From an uncultured delta proteobacterium (GTDB lineage: Bacteria; Desulfobacterota; Binatia; UBA9968): DNA of 64,000 bases. Position 1 is the stretch's first letter. Each line of letters opens with the position of its first letter. The notes under the pieces were generated by a model. The model had not been told where the DNA came from. It saw only the letters and a list, made by a program, of their open reading frames with translations, and did no database searches. The stretch lies in the NCBI GenBank assembly GCA_963737905.1, contig CAVTUQ010000007.1:32001-96000 (forward strand). Direction: 5' to 3'. Shown here piece after piece: positions 54,661 through 64,000 of this stretch. A program made the position numbers and the translations under genes.

Positions 54661-54915
54661 GCCTAGATAATGCGGACGCGAGCATTCTTCACGGAAGAAC
54701 GACCGAGGAGCAAGCCTCTCCGGTCGCGGGCAATGGCCTGTGTCTTGAGGAGGCCTGCAAACTGCAGTGACGGAGCGTAAAGTGAGGCAGAAATGCGAGC
54801 TTATAGCCAAGCTCCCTAGAAATCATTGCGGCTCCATGTCCCAGTGCCCGCTCGCTACGATGCTTCCTCCTCGGTCCATGAATAGTCCGGGCCTAGGGAG
54901 CTGAGATACCACGAG

Positions 54916-55827
54916 ATGAATTCGATTAGGATCGGCACGCGCGGCAGCACGTTGGCTCTGGCTCAAACAACGTGGGTGAGAGAAAAACTCGTAGAGAAAT
55001 ATCCAGGCGCCAGCATCGAAACGATTCTTATCCACACGAGCGGGGATCGGTTTTCGGAAGCGAGTGTTAAAGCGATAGGCGGCAAAGGTATCTTTACGAA
55101 GGAAATAGAAGATGCCTTGCTACGAAATGAGATCGATATAGCCGTGCATTCCATGAAAGACTTGCCCACCGAGTTACCCGCAGGATTGATCGTGGCGGCG
55201 GTTCCTCAAAGAGAGGATTCCCGTGATGTTTTGGTGAGCGCCGGAGCGAGAAAGTTGAGCGAACTTGTTGCGGGCGCAAAGGTCGGCACCGGGAGTTTGC
55301 GCCGGTCAGCGCAGCTCGTGCATTATCGCCGGGATTTAAGGGTTGTTCCTATCCGGGGAAATGTCGACACCCGCCTGAAGAAGCTCGATCAAGGCGAGTG
55401 CGATGCCTTGGTGATGGCCGCCGCCGGTTTGAAACGAATAGGCCGGGAAGAAAGGATCGCAGAATATGTCTCAAACGACGTCTGCCTCGGTGCTGCGGGA
55501 CAAGGGGCATTGGGTTTGGAATCGCGGGAAGAGGAGTCGATTCGCGTGGAGCTTTCGTTCTTGCATGACCCCGCTACCTTTGCCGAAGTCACCGCGGAAC
55601 GCTCATTCTTGAATCGACTGGGCGGTGGTTGCCACGTTCCGGTGGGGGCACGGGGAGTCGCGGACGGCGAAAATTTGGAACTCTTCGGTGTGGTCGCCAA
55701 TCCAGATGGGAGTTCCCTTTTTCGCGGTGAAATATCCGGCTCTGTAGCGGACGCAGAAGAATTGGGTTGTGAGCTCGCTGAGCGCCTGTTGTCCCAAGGC
55801 GCGCAGAAAATTTTGGTTGCCCAGTGA
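54916..55827 (+). CDS. hemC: Hydroxymethylbilane synthase
   Basis: IGTRGS.LAL.Q, GKGIFTKE, VHSMKD, RGNVDTRL, GGC. Confidence 0.97.
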   Translation: MNSIRIGTRGSTLALAQTTWVREKLVEKYPGASIETILIHTSGDRFSEASVKAIGGKGIFTKEIEDALLRNEIDIAVHSMKDLPTELPAGLIVAAVPQREDSRDVLVSAGARKLSELVAGAKVGTGSLRRSAQLVHYRRDLRVVPIRGNVDTRLKKLDQGECDALVMAAAGLKRIGREERIAEYVSNDVCLGAAGQGALGLESREEESIRVELSFLHDPATFAEVTAERSFLNRLGGGCHVPVGARGVADGENLELFGVVANPDGSSLFRGEISGSVADAEELGCELAERLLSQGAQKILVAQ

Positions 55828-56687
55828 AAGATCCCATACACCCGGCCATGGCTCTCGAAGCGGCAGATAAACCATCAGATTCACCCGATGCCCTTAAGGG
55901 CAAGCGCATCCTGGTGACTCGTGCGCGGTCTCAAGCGTTGAGCTTGGTGCAAAGGATCGAAAGCCTGGGAGGCGAGGTGGTTGAATTTCCCACGATAGAA
56001 ATCAGACCGCCCGAGAGTTACGGTCCTTTGGACCAGGCGATCAGGCAGATAGCGAGTTACGATTGGCTTATTTTCACGAGCGTGAACGGCGTGGAGCAAT
56101 TTCTCAATCGACTTGAAAAGCTTGGAAAAAACCCAGCCGACCTAACAGGTATCGAGGTTGGTGCCATTGGTCCTGAGACGGCAAAAAGGCTAACCGCGGC
56201 GCAAATTCAGCCCAGCCTGGTGCCGAAGCAATATCAGGCTGAAGGTATTCTTGAAGCGCTGATTTCCGATACCATGGTAGGGAAAAAAATATTAATCCCG
56301 CGGGCAGCCAAAGCCCGCGATATCCTGCCGGAAACTTTGCGCCAGTGGGGAGCGCGGGTTGACGTCGTAGAGGCCTACCAAACCGTGTTGCCTCAAGTGG
56401 ATGTTTCGGCGCTTTGCAAGTTGTTGCGTGAAGGCGCGATTGATATGATTACTTTCACGAGCTCCAGCACGGCAACGAACTTTGCGGCCATGCTAGGCGA
56501 TCAGGACCTGCCACGGGTGGTTGCTAAAGCCGTTATTGCGTGTATCGGTCCGATTACTGCAAGAACCGTGGAAGACTTAGGCATGCGATCGGAGGTCGTG
56601 TCAGAAGAATTCACGATTCCCGGGTTGGTCAGCGCGATGGTAGACTATTTTATCCGTATCGCGAATCAAAAAACCGTTGGTGGATAA
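55824..56687 (+). CDS. hemD: Uroporphyrinogen-III synthase
   Basis: LVTRA, FTSVNGV, AIGPET, FTSSST, CIGPIT. Confidence 0.93.
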   Translation: MKDPIHPAMALEAADKPSDSPDALKGKRILVTRARSQALSLVQRIESLGGEVVEFPTIEIRPPESYGPLDQAIRQIASYDWLIFTSVNGVEQFLNRLEKLGKNPADLTGIEVGAIGPETAKRLTAAQIQPSLVPKQYQAEGILEALISDTMVGKKILIPRAAKARDILPETLRQWGARVDVVEAYQTVLPQVDVSALCKLLREGAIDMITFTSSSTATNFAAMLGDQDLPRVVAKAVIACIGPITARTVEDLGMRSEVVSEEFTIPGLVSAMVDYFIRIANQKTVGG

Positions 56688-56701
56688 GAGCAGAAAAAAT
56701 A

Positions 56702-57679
56702 ATGGACTTCCCCGCCTACCGCCCGAGAAGATTGCGCCGTAACGAGAGGATCAGAGAGTTGGTGCGCGAAACCACTCTGAGTCCGAAGAATTTCATTTAT
56801 CCGATTTTCGTCGGGCCGGGAAAGAATAGAGCTCAACCCGTGTCGTCCATGCCGGGTGTCGCGCAACTCTCCGTGGACCGCGCCGTTATCGAATGTGAGG
56901 AAGCTCAAGCACTGGGGATTCCTGCGGTGATTCTTTTCGGCGTTCCCGAACACAAAGATTCCGTGGGGACGGAGGCCTATGCGGATAGCGGCATTGTCCA
57001 ACAGGCGATACGCGCTGTCAAAGAAAAGCTTCCCGGGCTACTCGTCATTACCGATGTGTGTCTTTGCGAGTATACCGACCACGGTCACTGCGGCGTGATT
57101 AGGAACGGCGATGTCGATAATGACGGCACGCTGGAGCTACTCGCCAAAGAAGCGTTGTCTCATGCGCGTGCCGGCGCCGACATCGTGGCGCCCTCCGACA
57201 TGATGGACGGCAGGGTCGGAGCGATTCGGAAATGTCTCGACCAAAACGGATTTGAACAGATTGCCGTTATGGCCTATGCGGCAAAGTACGCTTCCGGATT
57301 TTACGGGCCGTTCCGAGAGGCGGCCGAATCGACACCGCAGTTTGGCGATCGACGCTCCTATCAGATGGACCCAGCCAACGCGGATGAAGCCTTGCGAGAG
57401 GTCGAGCTCGATATCCGTGAGGGCGCGGATATCGTCATGGTGAAGCCGGCGATGGCTTATCTCGATATCGTCTACCGCGTGAAACAGAAGTTTGGCTATC
57501 CCGTGGCTGCCTACAATGTGAGCGGAGAGTACTCCATGATCAAAGCCGCCGGGCAGAACGGCTGGGTCGATGAAGAGAGAGTCATGCTGGAAGTACTATT
57601 CGCGATCAAACGCGCTGGAGCGGATATGATCCTGAGTTACTTTGCGAAAGATGTGGCGCGGTTGCTTCACGGTCAATGA
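56702..57679 (+). CDS. hemB: Porphobilinogen synthase
   Basis: [41 protein letters not shown]. Confidence 0.97.
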   Translation: MDFPAYRPRRLRRNERIRELVRETTLSPKNFIYPIFVGPGKNRAQPVSSMPGVAQLSVDRAVIECEEAQALGIPAVILFGVPEHKDSVGTEAYADSGIVQQAIRAVKEKLPGLLVITDVCLCEYTDHGHCGVIRNGDVDNDGTLELLAKEALSHARAGADIVAPSDMMDGRVGAIRKCLDQNGFEQIAVMAYAAKYASGFYGPFREAAESTPQFGDRRSYQMDPANADEALREVELDIREGADIVMVKPAMAYLDIVYRVKQKFGYPVAAYNVSGEYSMIKAAGQNGWVDEERVMLEVLFAIKRAGADMILSYFAKDVARLLHGQ

Positions 57680-57680
57680 C

Positions 57681-57773
57681 CGTTCAAGTCGTTCAAGCCG
57701 TTCAAAATGTTCAATCCGTTAAGTCTACAGAGACGATTTGAACTACTGGAACCGTTGGAACGAATTGAACCAG
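57681..57773. repeat. 9-bp periodic inverted repeat between convergent genes
   Basis: (YgttcaaNN)x4 then (tKgaacNNN)x4. Confidence 0.78.
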
Positions 57774-57778
57774 TTTCT

Positions 57779-58039
57779 TCAGATGAGATTCCAGAGATCT
57801 TTAACCTTACGCTGAAGCGTCCGCTCGCATTCCGCTTCTCGTGCGGAAGTTCTGACTTGGGCTTCGGATAAACGGAAGACCAGGACCCGGGCCCCTTTAA
57901 CCAGCCTTAAAACGTAGGTGCTTGAATCGCCGTCGTAGTAAACATCTACGCTTACCGCATTATCCACTATTCCGGCGACCCTGTTTGCCCAGTCTTGAAT
58001 ATCCGACAAAGCGTCCTCGCCCAATTTAGTGCTTATCAC
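57779..58039 (-). CDS. Small hypothetical protein (start uncertain: GTG 58039 or ATG 58102)
   Basis: Open frame filling the gap between the binding-protein gene and the repeat. Confidence 0.55.
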   Translation of the reverse strand: MISTKLGEDALSDIQDWANRVAGIVDNAVSVDVYYDGDSSTYVLRLVKGARVLVFRLSEAQVRTSAREAECERTLQRKVKDLWNLI

Positions 58040-58061
58040 TGGCGGGTTCCGATGGGCGACT

Positions 58062-59066
58062 TCATTTCTTTTTATAAAGACCGTCGATAAAGCCGCTTCC
58101 ATCGAGTTCCTTGATGAAGCTAAAGTCAACGAATTGCTCCGGCTTGGCCGTCTTCGCCCTCGGGTCGCGCTCGCTTATATCCTCGAGGACCGTTTTCAGC
58201 CCTTCCAGGCTTGGATACTGTTTTTTGGGGTAAAATGCTTCCGTCATGACGTTCTCATAGCTTTTCTCAAGAATCTCATGATCAACGCCGCTACCCATAT
58301 ATTTGCTCAGAGCTTTGATCGTGGCTTCTCTGTCGCTCCACATCTTTTGGACCGCTTCTACGTGAGACCTGACATAGCGCCGCACCGTCTCGCGATGTTC
58401 CTTAATGAATCTCCGCGTCGTAGCAACACCCGTATGTTGAAAAACCAGGCCCATTTGCGCGACATCAGCAACGATGGCTAAGCCTCGCTTTTCGGCTATA
58501 AAACTGGAAGGTGGATTGATGGCCGCTGCCGTTACCCGTCCCGTCAGCACGGCGCTGAGGCGCTCCGGGCCGCTTCCTACTTGAACGATAGTTACATCCT
58601 TACCCGGGGTCAAGCCGATCTTTCTTAGAGCGAATCGCGCGATGGAATCCGTCGCCGATCCAAAACGGCTAATGGCTAAAGTCCCTCCTTTAAGCTGTTC
58701 CGAGGTCTTGATTCCCGGTTTGCCCATGAGGACATAATTCAGCGAGACGATGCCGGCGGCGACAAAAACAGCATCGGATCCCGCCAAGACACTATTAACC
58801 AGGGCCGGTCCGGAAACCTGCGTGATCGGGACATCGCCCGACACGAGGGCAAGGATTGCGGTGGTTCCGCCGGTGAAGAAGATCAACTGGACGTCCAGCC
58901 CGTTTCTAGCAAAAATACCGGTGTCTTTGGCCACCCAGGCGGGCAACTGGTCGGCGCTCACGGCGCTGTAGCCGACGTTGAGGCGGGTGAGTTGAGCCGA
59001 GGCAGGCGAAATCAAGAAGAAGAGCAAGCTAAGGGAGGCGAGCGCACAAAAAATACGTCGTTTCAT
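58062..59066 (-). CDS. ABC transporter substrate-binding protein (NMT1/SsuA-like)
   Basis: Signal peptide, WVAKD.GIF..NGLDV, LKGG.LAISRFGS, FVD.SFIKELD.SGF. Confidence 0.9.
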   Translation of the reverse strand: MKRRIFCALASLSLLFFLISPASAQLTRLNVGYSAVSADQLPAWVAKDTGIFARNGLDVQLIFFTGGTTAILALVSGDVPITQVSGPALVNSVLAGSDAVFVAAGIVSLNYVLMGKPGIKTSEQLKGGTLAISRFGSATDSIARFALRKIGLTPGKDVTIVQVGSGPERLSAVLTGRVTAAAINPPSSFIAEKRGLAIVADVAQMGLVFQHTGVATTRRFIKEHRETVRRYVRSHVEAVQKMWSDREATIKALSKYMGSGVDHEILEKSYENVMTEAFYPKKQYPSLEGLKTVLEDISERDPRAKTAKPEQFVDFSFIKELDGSGFIDGLYKKK

Positions 59067-59125
59067 TCTTAAGTTTCCTCTGGGGATCGAGCCGTCAACT
59101 GATTAAGAATTATTACAGCAGGTGG

Positions 59126-59165
59126 AAAAAAGAAAGCCCATGCTTCTTCAGCAAGGGCTTTCTTT
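59126..59165 (-). terminator. Intrinsic terminator after cytochrome c'
   Basis: aaagaaagccc/gggctttcttt stem with a U run on the minus strand. Confidence 0.7.
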
Positions 59166-59201
59166 GCCGCGACTTTCGCGATCGGAATCCGTCGGATTCG
59201 A

Positions 59202-59646
59202 TTACTCTGCGTACTTTTCAGCTCGGAAGGTTTTGTGGCAGGAGGCGCAGGCATCCGCCGAGAGCCTTTACCTTTATCCCTATTTCCGTATCGTCCTTGG
59301 CTTTCGCTGCAGCTGCGAGTTCGCTAGCTGCCTTCCCGAGATTCTTGGCGTCCCTTGCGAATTCGTCGGATTTTTCCCAGATAGCGGCAGTGGCTTTGGT
59401 TTTTCCGGTGTCGCTGCCTTTGGGAAATAGGCTGACGATTTTTTCCGCATTCCCCATGATGTCTCTGGCCTTGGCTTCTATCGTCGCATAATCTTTCGCT
59501 TCGACCGCAGCCTTGATCGCCTTGGCGTCAGCGCTGTTGCTTTTCATGAGCGCCTGTCTCTTTTCGGCTTGAGCGAAAACGTGGGAAGAAGCGAGAACCG
59601 TCATGAACCCAATCACTGCAGCGATAAGAATTTTACCTCGAACCAT
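59202..59646 (-). CDS. Class II cytochrome c (cytochrome c'/c556) (frameshift near 59255)
   Basis: Signal peptide, RQALMK, LFPKGS, A..AIWE, and C-terminal CASCHKTFR in the shifted frame ending at TAA 59202. Confidence 0.85.
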
Positions 59647-59679
59647 TAGTTGTTTTCTCCTTTCTTCTGAACAAGTAAT

Positions 59680-60228
59680 TTAACTGCCTTTGTTGACTTT
59701 TTTCACTTCGTTTAACAACTGTTCCGTCGAGAGAAGATCTTTTTCGGTGTTGCTGGGTCGGATACTCAAATAGCGAACCACCCCGTCTTTGTCAATGATG
59801 ACGTAGGCCCGTTTGGCAATCCTTCGCGATTCGTCATAGACGCCAAAGGCCTGCATCACTTTGCCGTCCCGATCGCTCAAAAGCGGGTAGTTGATCTTGG
59901 CGAAATCAGCGAAGGCTTTCTGTGAAAACGGGGCGTTAGCGCTGATTCCTACAACTTCTGTATTTTCAGCCTGAAACATTGGGTAATTGTCCGAACCGGA
60001 CGCTTGCAAGTCCTTGATTCATGTCGGACTAAAGTCGAGAACGTAGAAATTGATGAGCACATTTTTGCCTTTGAGGCTGCTTAACTTAAGTTTTCCACCC
60101 TTCGTGCTATCAAGCTCAAAGTCTGGGGCCGGTTGTCCCACTTCCAGAGCGCTAGAAAAACGATGGGTTGCTAGGAGAAAAGCGAGAGCCAAAATTGAAG
60201 CGAGGAGGGTTTTTTTAGTGGTTTGCAT
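59680..60228 (-). CDS. Exported AhpC/TSA peroxiredoxin with in-frame TGA at the peroxidatic position; probable selenoprotein
   Basis: ORFs 60019..60228 and 59680..60009 share one frame: signal peptide, VGQPAPDF, FYVLDFSPT[TGA]IKDL, VVGIS, YPLLSD, catalytic R in KRAYVIID. Confidence 0.87.
59987..60010 (-). promoter_or_regulatory. Candidate bacterial SECIS hairpin
   Basis: GTCCG-gtt-CGGAC stem starting 18 nt after the TGA, with G first in the loop. Confidence 0.55.
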
Positions 60229-60312
60229 ACCTTGAGGTCCTTTTTTTAAGACGCTATTGGTTCAAGAATATTCAGGAGAGAGTCGCAAACTTATCCCTTA
60301 CTTCAGTCCTTC

Positions 60313-60357
60313 TGTCAATCCCCCATTCGGGGGTTTTTTGACTCCCCCATTTGGGGG
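60313..60357 (-). promoter_or_regulatory. Promoter -35 (TTGACA) abutted by two palindromic boxes CCCCCATTYGGGGG
   Basis: Boxes at 60320-60333 and 60344-60357 (24-bp period); tgtcaa at 60313-60318. Confidence 0.6.
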
Positions 60358-60359
60358 AA

Positions 60360-61019
60360 TCAGTCAATGCCTTCCCGTACGGCCAAGACAGCAGCTTCGG
60401 TGCGGTTTTTGACCTGAAGCTTGCGAAAGAGTCCCTTGAGGTAACCTTTGATGGTTTCGCGGGCCACGTGGGTAATATGACTGATCTCCTCGTTGTTGAG
60501 TCCTTCCGCGACCAGTTGGAGAACCCTGAGTTCGAGATCTGTGAGTTTATACTTCTGGCTGAATCGTCGTTCTCGATCATCCTTGGGCGGCCCTTCATTG
60601 TCCGAAGGAGGCTCGGACGTAAGCTGAGCAAGATAGGGAGAAAGTTGGATTTTGCCACTATGCGCGCGACGGATAATTTCGATAAACTCTGCTCGGTCGG
60701 TGTCTTTTAGGATATAACCCTTCGCTCCGGCTTTGATGGCCGAGGCGATCTTTTCATCATCGTCCTGAATGGAGAGCATGAGAATTTTCGTGCGGGGAGC
60801 CAATGCGGTGATGAGCTTCGCGGCCTTGATCCCGTCCATTTTGGGCATGCGAACATCCAAGAGGGCGATGTCCGGTCCGGTTTCCCGGCATTTGACTACT
60901 GCCTCTTGGCCATCGGCTGCCTCAGCGACCACTTTTATGTCTTTCGCGGTCTCGAGCAATATTCTAAGGCTTTGCCTGAACAATCGCTCATCGTCGGCGA
61001 TCAAAAGTTTAAGCGGCAT
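60360..61019 (-). CDS. NarL/FixJ-family response regulator (REC + LuxR HTH)
   Basis: IADD, LLDVRMP, GYILK, LT..EL.VL.LVAEGL.N.EI. Confidence 0.93.
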   Translation of the reverse strand: MPLKLLIADDERLFRQSLRILLETAKDIKVVAEAADGQEAVVKCRETGPDIALLDVRMPKMDGIKAAKLITALAPRTKILMLSIQDDDEKIASAIKAGAKGYILKDTDRAEFIEIIRRAHSGKIQLSPYLAQLTSEPPSDNEGPPKDDRERRFSQKYKLTDLELRVLQLVAEGLNNEEISHITHVARETIKGYLKGLFRKLQVKNRTEAAVLAVREGID

Positions 61020-61091
61020 AGAATGCCTCCGTGCCAGCTATATCTTTGTGTTCGTGAAGACGGTTTCTTATATGGCTTCCTAAAAGGGCAG

Positions 61092-63527
61092 TCAAGAAAT
61101 GGATTTTGAGGACGGCACCAGAAATAGTAGCTTTTCCACGGGTGCCTGCTCCTGAGTTTCGATTCTAACATAACCTCCCGCACGCCAAAGCGCGGTCTGA
61201 TCGCTGTAATGGGGTGAAACGAGGTGGCCGGATTGTCCGGACGCAATAATAAAACCCGATTGCTGCCAGGCGCCGACGTCAACGATAAGCCGCAGTGAAG
61301 CCCCCACTATATGGCCGTAGGGGTTAGAATGCCGGTAGAAACCGGTGTTGATCGTCGTGCCGTCACCAGGGGATGGAAACGGACCAATGCTCAGCAAGGG
61401 CCGCAGCGGTTGGACTCGACCCAAAGCGTGATTTAACACCAGCCTGTGAATTTTTCCCCATTGCCAAAGCTTCACATCCTCGCCGAGGCTCATCTTCAAT
61501 TCTTCACACGCTTCTTGGAGGGACTTTGCCACAAGCTCTTGCCGTGAGCGAGTTGAAAACCAGCGAGAGTTGGGATCTCTCAGGATTTGATAGGTCGGCA
61601 TCAAGCATTGGTTGAAAATTTCGACGTAAGCCGAGAAGAGATCCTCGCCTAGAGCGGGGACGAGTAAGTTTGACATGAGGCGGTGTTGGAATACGTGAAA
61701 AATAGCCGCCTCAACGCTTTCTTCATCGCACGTACCGTCCCAGCCGATGAGCCGATCCGCGGCAGTCCGGAATTGGGTACTCTTCTCCGAAACTCGAGCG
61801 AGATCGTTTTTCAAAGTCTCGATCAACTCTGTAGCATAAAGCGAAACGCAATCGTTTTGCATCGCCTCCATGTCGTTAATGGACAAAGATTTTTTAACGG
61901 TCAAAAGTTCTTTGATTCGGCGAATTCGAGATGGTGGCTCAAAAAAATGGGACAAATAGTGGGGATAGGACGCGTCGACAATGCGATGATTGGCTGTCGC
62001 GATTACCCCCTCAGGCGGATTGTAGATCCGCGGCAGTTCGTTGAAAGGAATGTAGCCATACCAATCGTTCTCATCGATGGAGCCGTCTAGGGGCAGCAAA
62101 GACGGAATCCGCCGTCGCAAGGGAATTTTGCCAGCCAGACTGTAGCCGATGTTACCGAGGGAATCAGCGTAAACGTAATTCAATGTCGGAGCATGGTGAT
62201 AAGCAAGGCTCTCCAGGAATTCGTGCCAATCGCGCGCTTGGTTCACGCCATACAGACAGCGAAAGTCCTCGCTTGGCACATGGGCCGTCCAACGGAGCGA
62301 GAGGACGGGTGACGAGTCCGGCCGGTTGCCAAAATCACTAATGACCGGTCCATGGCGGGTTGATCGCACAATTTTTCTGACGTCGCCCCTGCGCCGCACT
62401 TTAATGATTTCTTCGCGACGCTCCATCGTGAACCACTGGTCTCCGATGAGATAGCGATCACGGACTTGCGGATCCGTTTTTTCCCTGTACAGTTCGACAT
62501 CGTCGCAGACGGCCGCGGTTACGCCCCAAGAGATCCAGCGATTATGCCCCAATTGAACACACGGAGAGCCTGGGATTGAGGCGCCCCACACTTCATAACC
62601 TTCAGGCTGGGTCGTCGATGTTTCGGCTTTTAAATGCATCAAGTACCAGATCGATGGAATCGTCAGGCGTAGATGCGGATCGTTGCATAGAATGGCGCGG
62701 CCTGTGGCGGAGCGGCTCGGAGCGACGACCCAATTGTTGCTGCCGTGACCGGCGGCACTCCACTCACTCCGAGCGAAGGCACCATTCATGAATTGCCAGA
62801 TGCTTTGAGCCGAGTTCCATACGGCTTGGGTTATGGTTGGTCCATCGTCCGGGTATGTTGGACAAAGCGAGCGGAGCATCTCCTGATGATTCTCCAACTT
62901 GGCGGCGATCGCGATCGTGTTGAGTCGGGTGAAAAGAGCGGTTGAGAGAAGGAACGCGAACCCCTTTCCGATGATTAAAGTATCTTGCGGGCTCCAGGGC
63001 TCCGGCTCATACCGAAGGAGGCGAAATTCCCAGGGCAGTCTCCTGCCGCACTGCTCGATGTATCGATTGACACCTTGGCTATAAGCACGGAGTCGTCGGT
63101 GCTCATGTTCGGATGCAAGCTCAAGGGACGCCGCGGCCGAGTGTTGGATACCCATGAGCCTCATGAAGTAATCGAAATCGGGGCTGGTTTGTCCACGAAA
63201 CTGGCTGGATAATTCCTTCCAAGGCACCGGGAAGTTGCCGAATATCTCGGCCAGCCGGCCAGAGAGGAAGCGCCGGCTCAGATCCATCTGCCAGAGTCGC
63301 TCCTGGGCGTGCAAATAGCCTTGAGCGAGGAATAAATCCTCCTCATTGCCCGCAAAAGCGTGGGGGATTCCGTAAGTGCCCCAGCGTACTTTGACTTTGT
63401 CTCTTAGCCCAGCAAGCTCCAGGCTTCCCCTATACTTTGGGAAGGAACCCCTATCGAGGAAGCGAATGAAAGGGCGAAGGAGAGCCGAAAAGACAGTTGG
63501 AACAAAGCCGCTCTTCGGCGTCTCCAT
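61092..63527 (-). CDS. Penicillin acylase / AHL acylase family Ntn hydrolase (S45)
   Basis: GIPH, AQGY.HAQERLWQM, GSNNW nucleophile, NDPHL, TAN, GQSG..SPHY.DQ. Confidence 0.92.
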   Translation of the reverse strand: METPKSGFVPTVFSALLRPFIRFLDRGSFPKYRGSLELAGLRDKVKVRWGTYGIPHAFAGNEEDLFLAQGYLHAQERLWQMDLSRRFLSGRLAEIFGNFPVPWKELSSQFRGQTSPDFDYFMRLMGIQHSAAASLELASEHEHRRLRAYSQGVNRYIEQCGRRLPWEFRLLRYEPEPWSPQDTLIIGKGFAFLLSTALFTRLNTIAIAAKLENHQEMLRSLCPTYPDDGPTITQAVWNSAQSIWQFMNGAFARSEWSAAGHGSNNWVVAPSRSATGRAILCNDPHLRLTIPSIWYLMHLKAETSTTQPEGYEVWGASIPGSPCVQLGHNRWISWGVTAAVCDDVELYREKTDPQVRDRYLIGDQWFTMERREEIIKVRRRGDVRKIVRSTRHGPVISDFGNRPDSSPVLSLRWTAHVPSEDFRCLYGVNQARDWHEFLESLAYHHAPTLNYVYADSLGNIGYSLAGKIPLRRRIPSLLPLDGSIDENDWYGYIPFNELPRIYNPPEGVIATANHRIVDASYPHYLSHFFEPPSRIRRIKELLTVKKSLSINDMEAMQNDCVSLYATELIETLKNDLARVSEKSTQFRTAADRLIGWDGTCDEESVEAAIFHVFQHRLMSNLLVPALGEDLFSAYVEIFNQCLMPTYQILRDPNSRWFSTRSRQELVAKSLQEACEELKMSLGEDVKLWQWGKIHRLVLNHALGRVQPLRPLLSIGPFPSPGDGTTINTGFYRHSNPYGHIVGASLRLIVDVGAWQQSGFIIASGQSGHLVSPHYSDQTALWRAGGYVRIETQEQAPVEKLLFLVPSSKSIS

Positions 63528-63577
63528 CAGTTATCGGAAAAATAAGTGGCGGGAAAGGAGTTGCTGTTGTCCGCCCT

Positions 63578-64000
63578 TCAAAGAATGGCCTTCACCGAGG
63601 GGCGATCTTTCATTCTCTGCAGGTATTTTCCCAGCCGGGGTAGAGAGGCGTCGGGAAGAACGCCGAACCCCTCCAGTCTTGTGAAGCGGGGTAGGAGATC
63701 AGCATCTGCGAGGGAGAAGTCGCCCACTAGATAGGACTGGTCGCCAAGCTCATCTTCAAGACGCTGCAGGAGTTTTCGGAGATCGCTCTTCGCCGTGTCG
63801 ATGACTTGTTGATTCTGTTCCTTGGGGTCCTTCGTAACTTCCACGCGCAGCTTTTGATATGCCCCGTCGAGGTGAGCCAGTCCGTAGTCGGTCAGGATGC
63901 GGGCCTTCGCGCGTTTCCCTAGATCCGCCGGCATCAAGGGAGGGTTGGGATATTTTTCGTCCAGGTATTCGTTGATAATGCACGATTCGTAAAGAACTGT
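63578..64000 (-). CDS. Glutathione S-transferase family protein (5' part outside window)
   Basis: YES.IINEYLDEKYP and YLVGDFSLAD motifs. Confidence 0.88.
   Translation of the reverse strand, partial: TVLYESCIINEYLDEKYPNPPLMPADLGKRAKARILTDYGLAHLDGAYQKLRVEVTKDPKEQNQQVIDTAKSDLRKLLQRLEDELGDQSYLVGDFSLADADLLPRFTRLEGFGVLPDASLPRLGKYLQRMKDRPSVKAIL

Noticed and set aside
57681-57773. Short repeat arrays as CRISPR or LexA boxes
   Set aside because: Units are 7-9 bp with no unique spacers or cas genes; GTTC spacing is N5 rather than the alphaproteobacterial GTTC-N7-GTTC, and the site lies between convergent genes
63578-64000. Second GST as another possible selenoprotein
   Set aside because: Its N-terminal active-site codon lies outside the window

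Overview
Mostly chromosomal housekeeping DNA from a moderately GC-rich diderm bacterium. Gene content (ccsA-hemA-hemC-hemD-hemB, ilvC-psd-pssA-leuA-leuB-asd-truA, NMT1-like binding proteins) suggests a deltaproteobacterial or Binatia-like lineage, which is an inference only. Many genes are split by single-base indels (hydrolase, thiC, tamA, leuA, glgP, brnA, deacetylase, cytochrome c'), most simply read as long-read assembly errors. No tRNA, rRNA, CRISPR, transposase or integrase was found. Signals the ORF track misses: (1) two probable selenoprotein genes with in-frame TGA exactly at the catalytic Cys plus SECIS-like hairpins: an omega-like GST (47203-47763) and an exported peroxiredoxin (59680-60228), the latter paired with cytochrome c' behind twin palindromic boxes next to an orphan NarL-type regulator; (2) an alpha-glucan phosphorylase fused to a PtsP/EI-Ntr-like GAF domain behind a sigma54-type promoter; (3) two attC-like sites flanking brnTA and AI-2E cassettes with no integrase in the window; (4) a 38-aa zinc-finger microprotein within a cluster of three sigma54 motifs; (5) several families of intergenic periodic or palindromic repeats.
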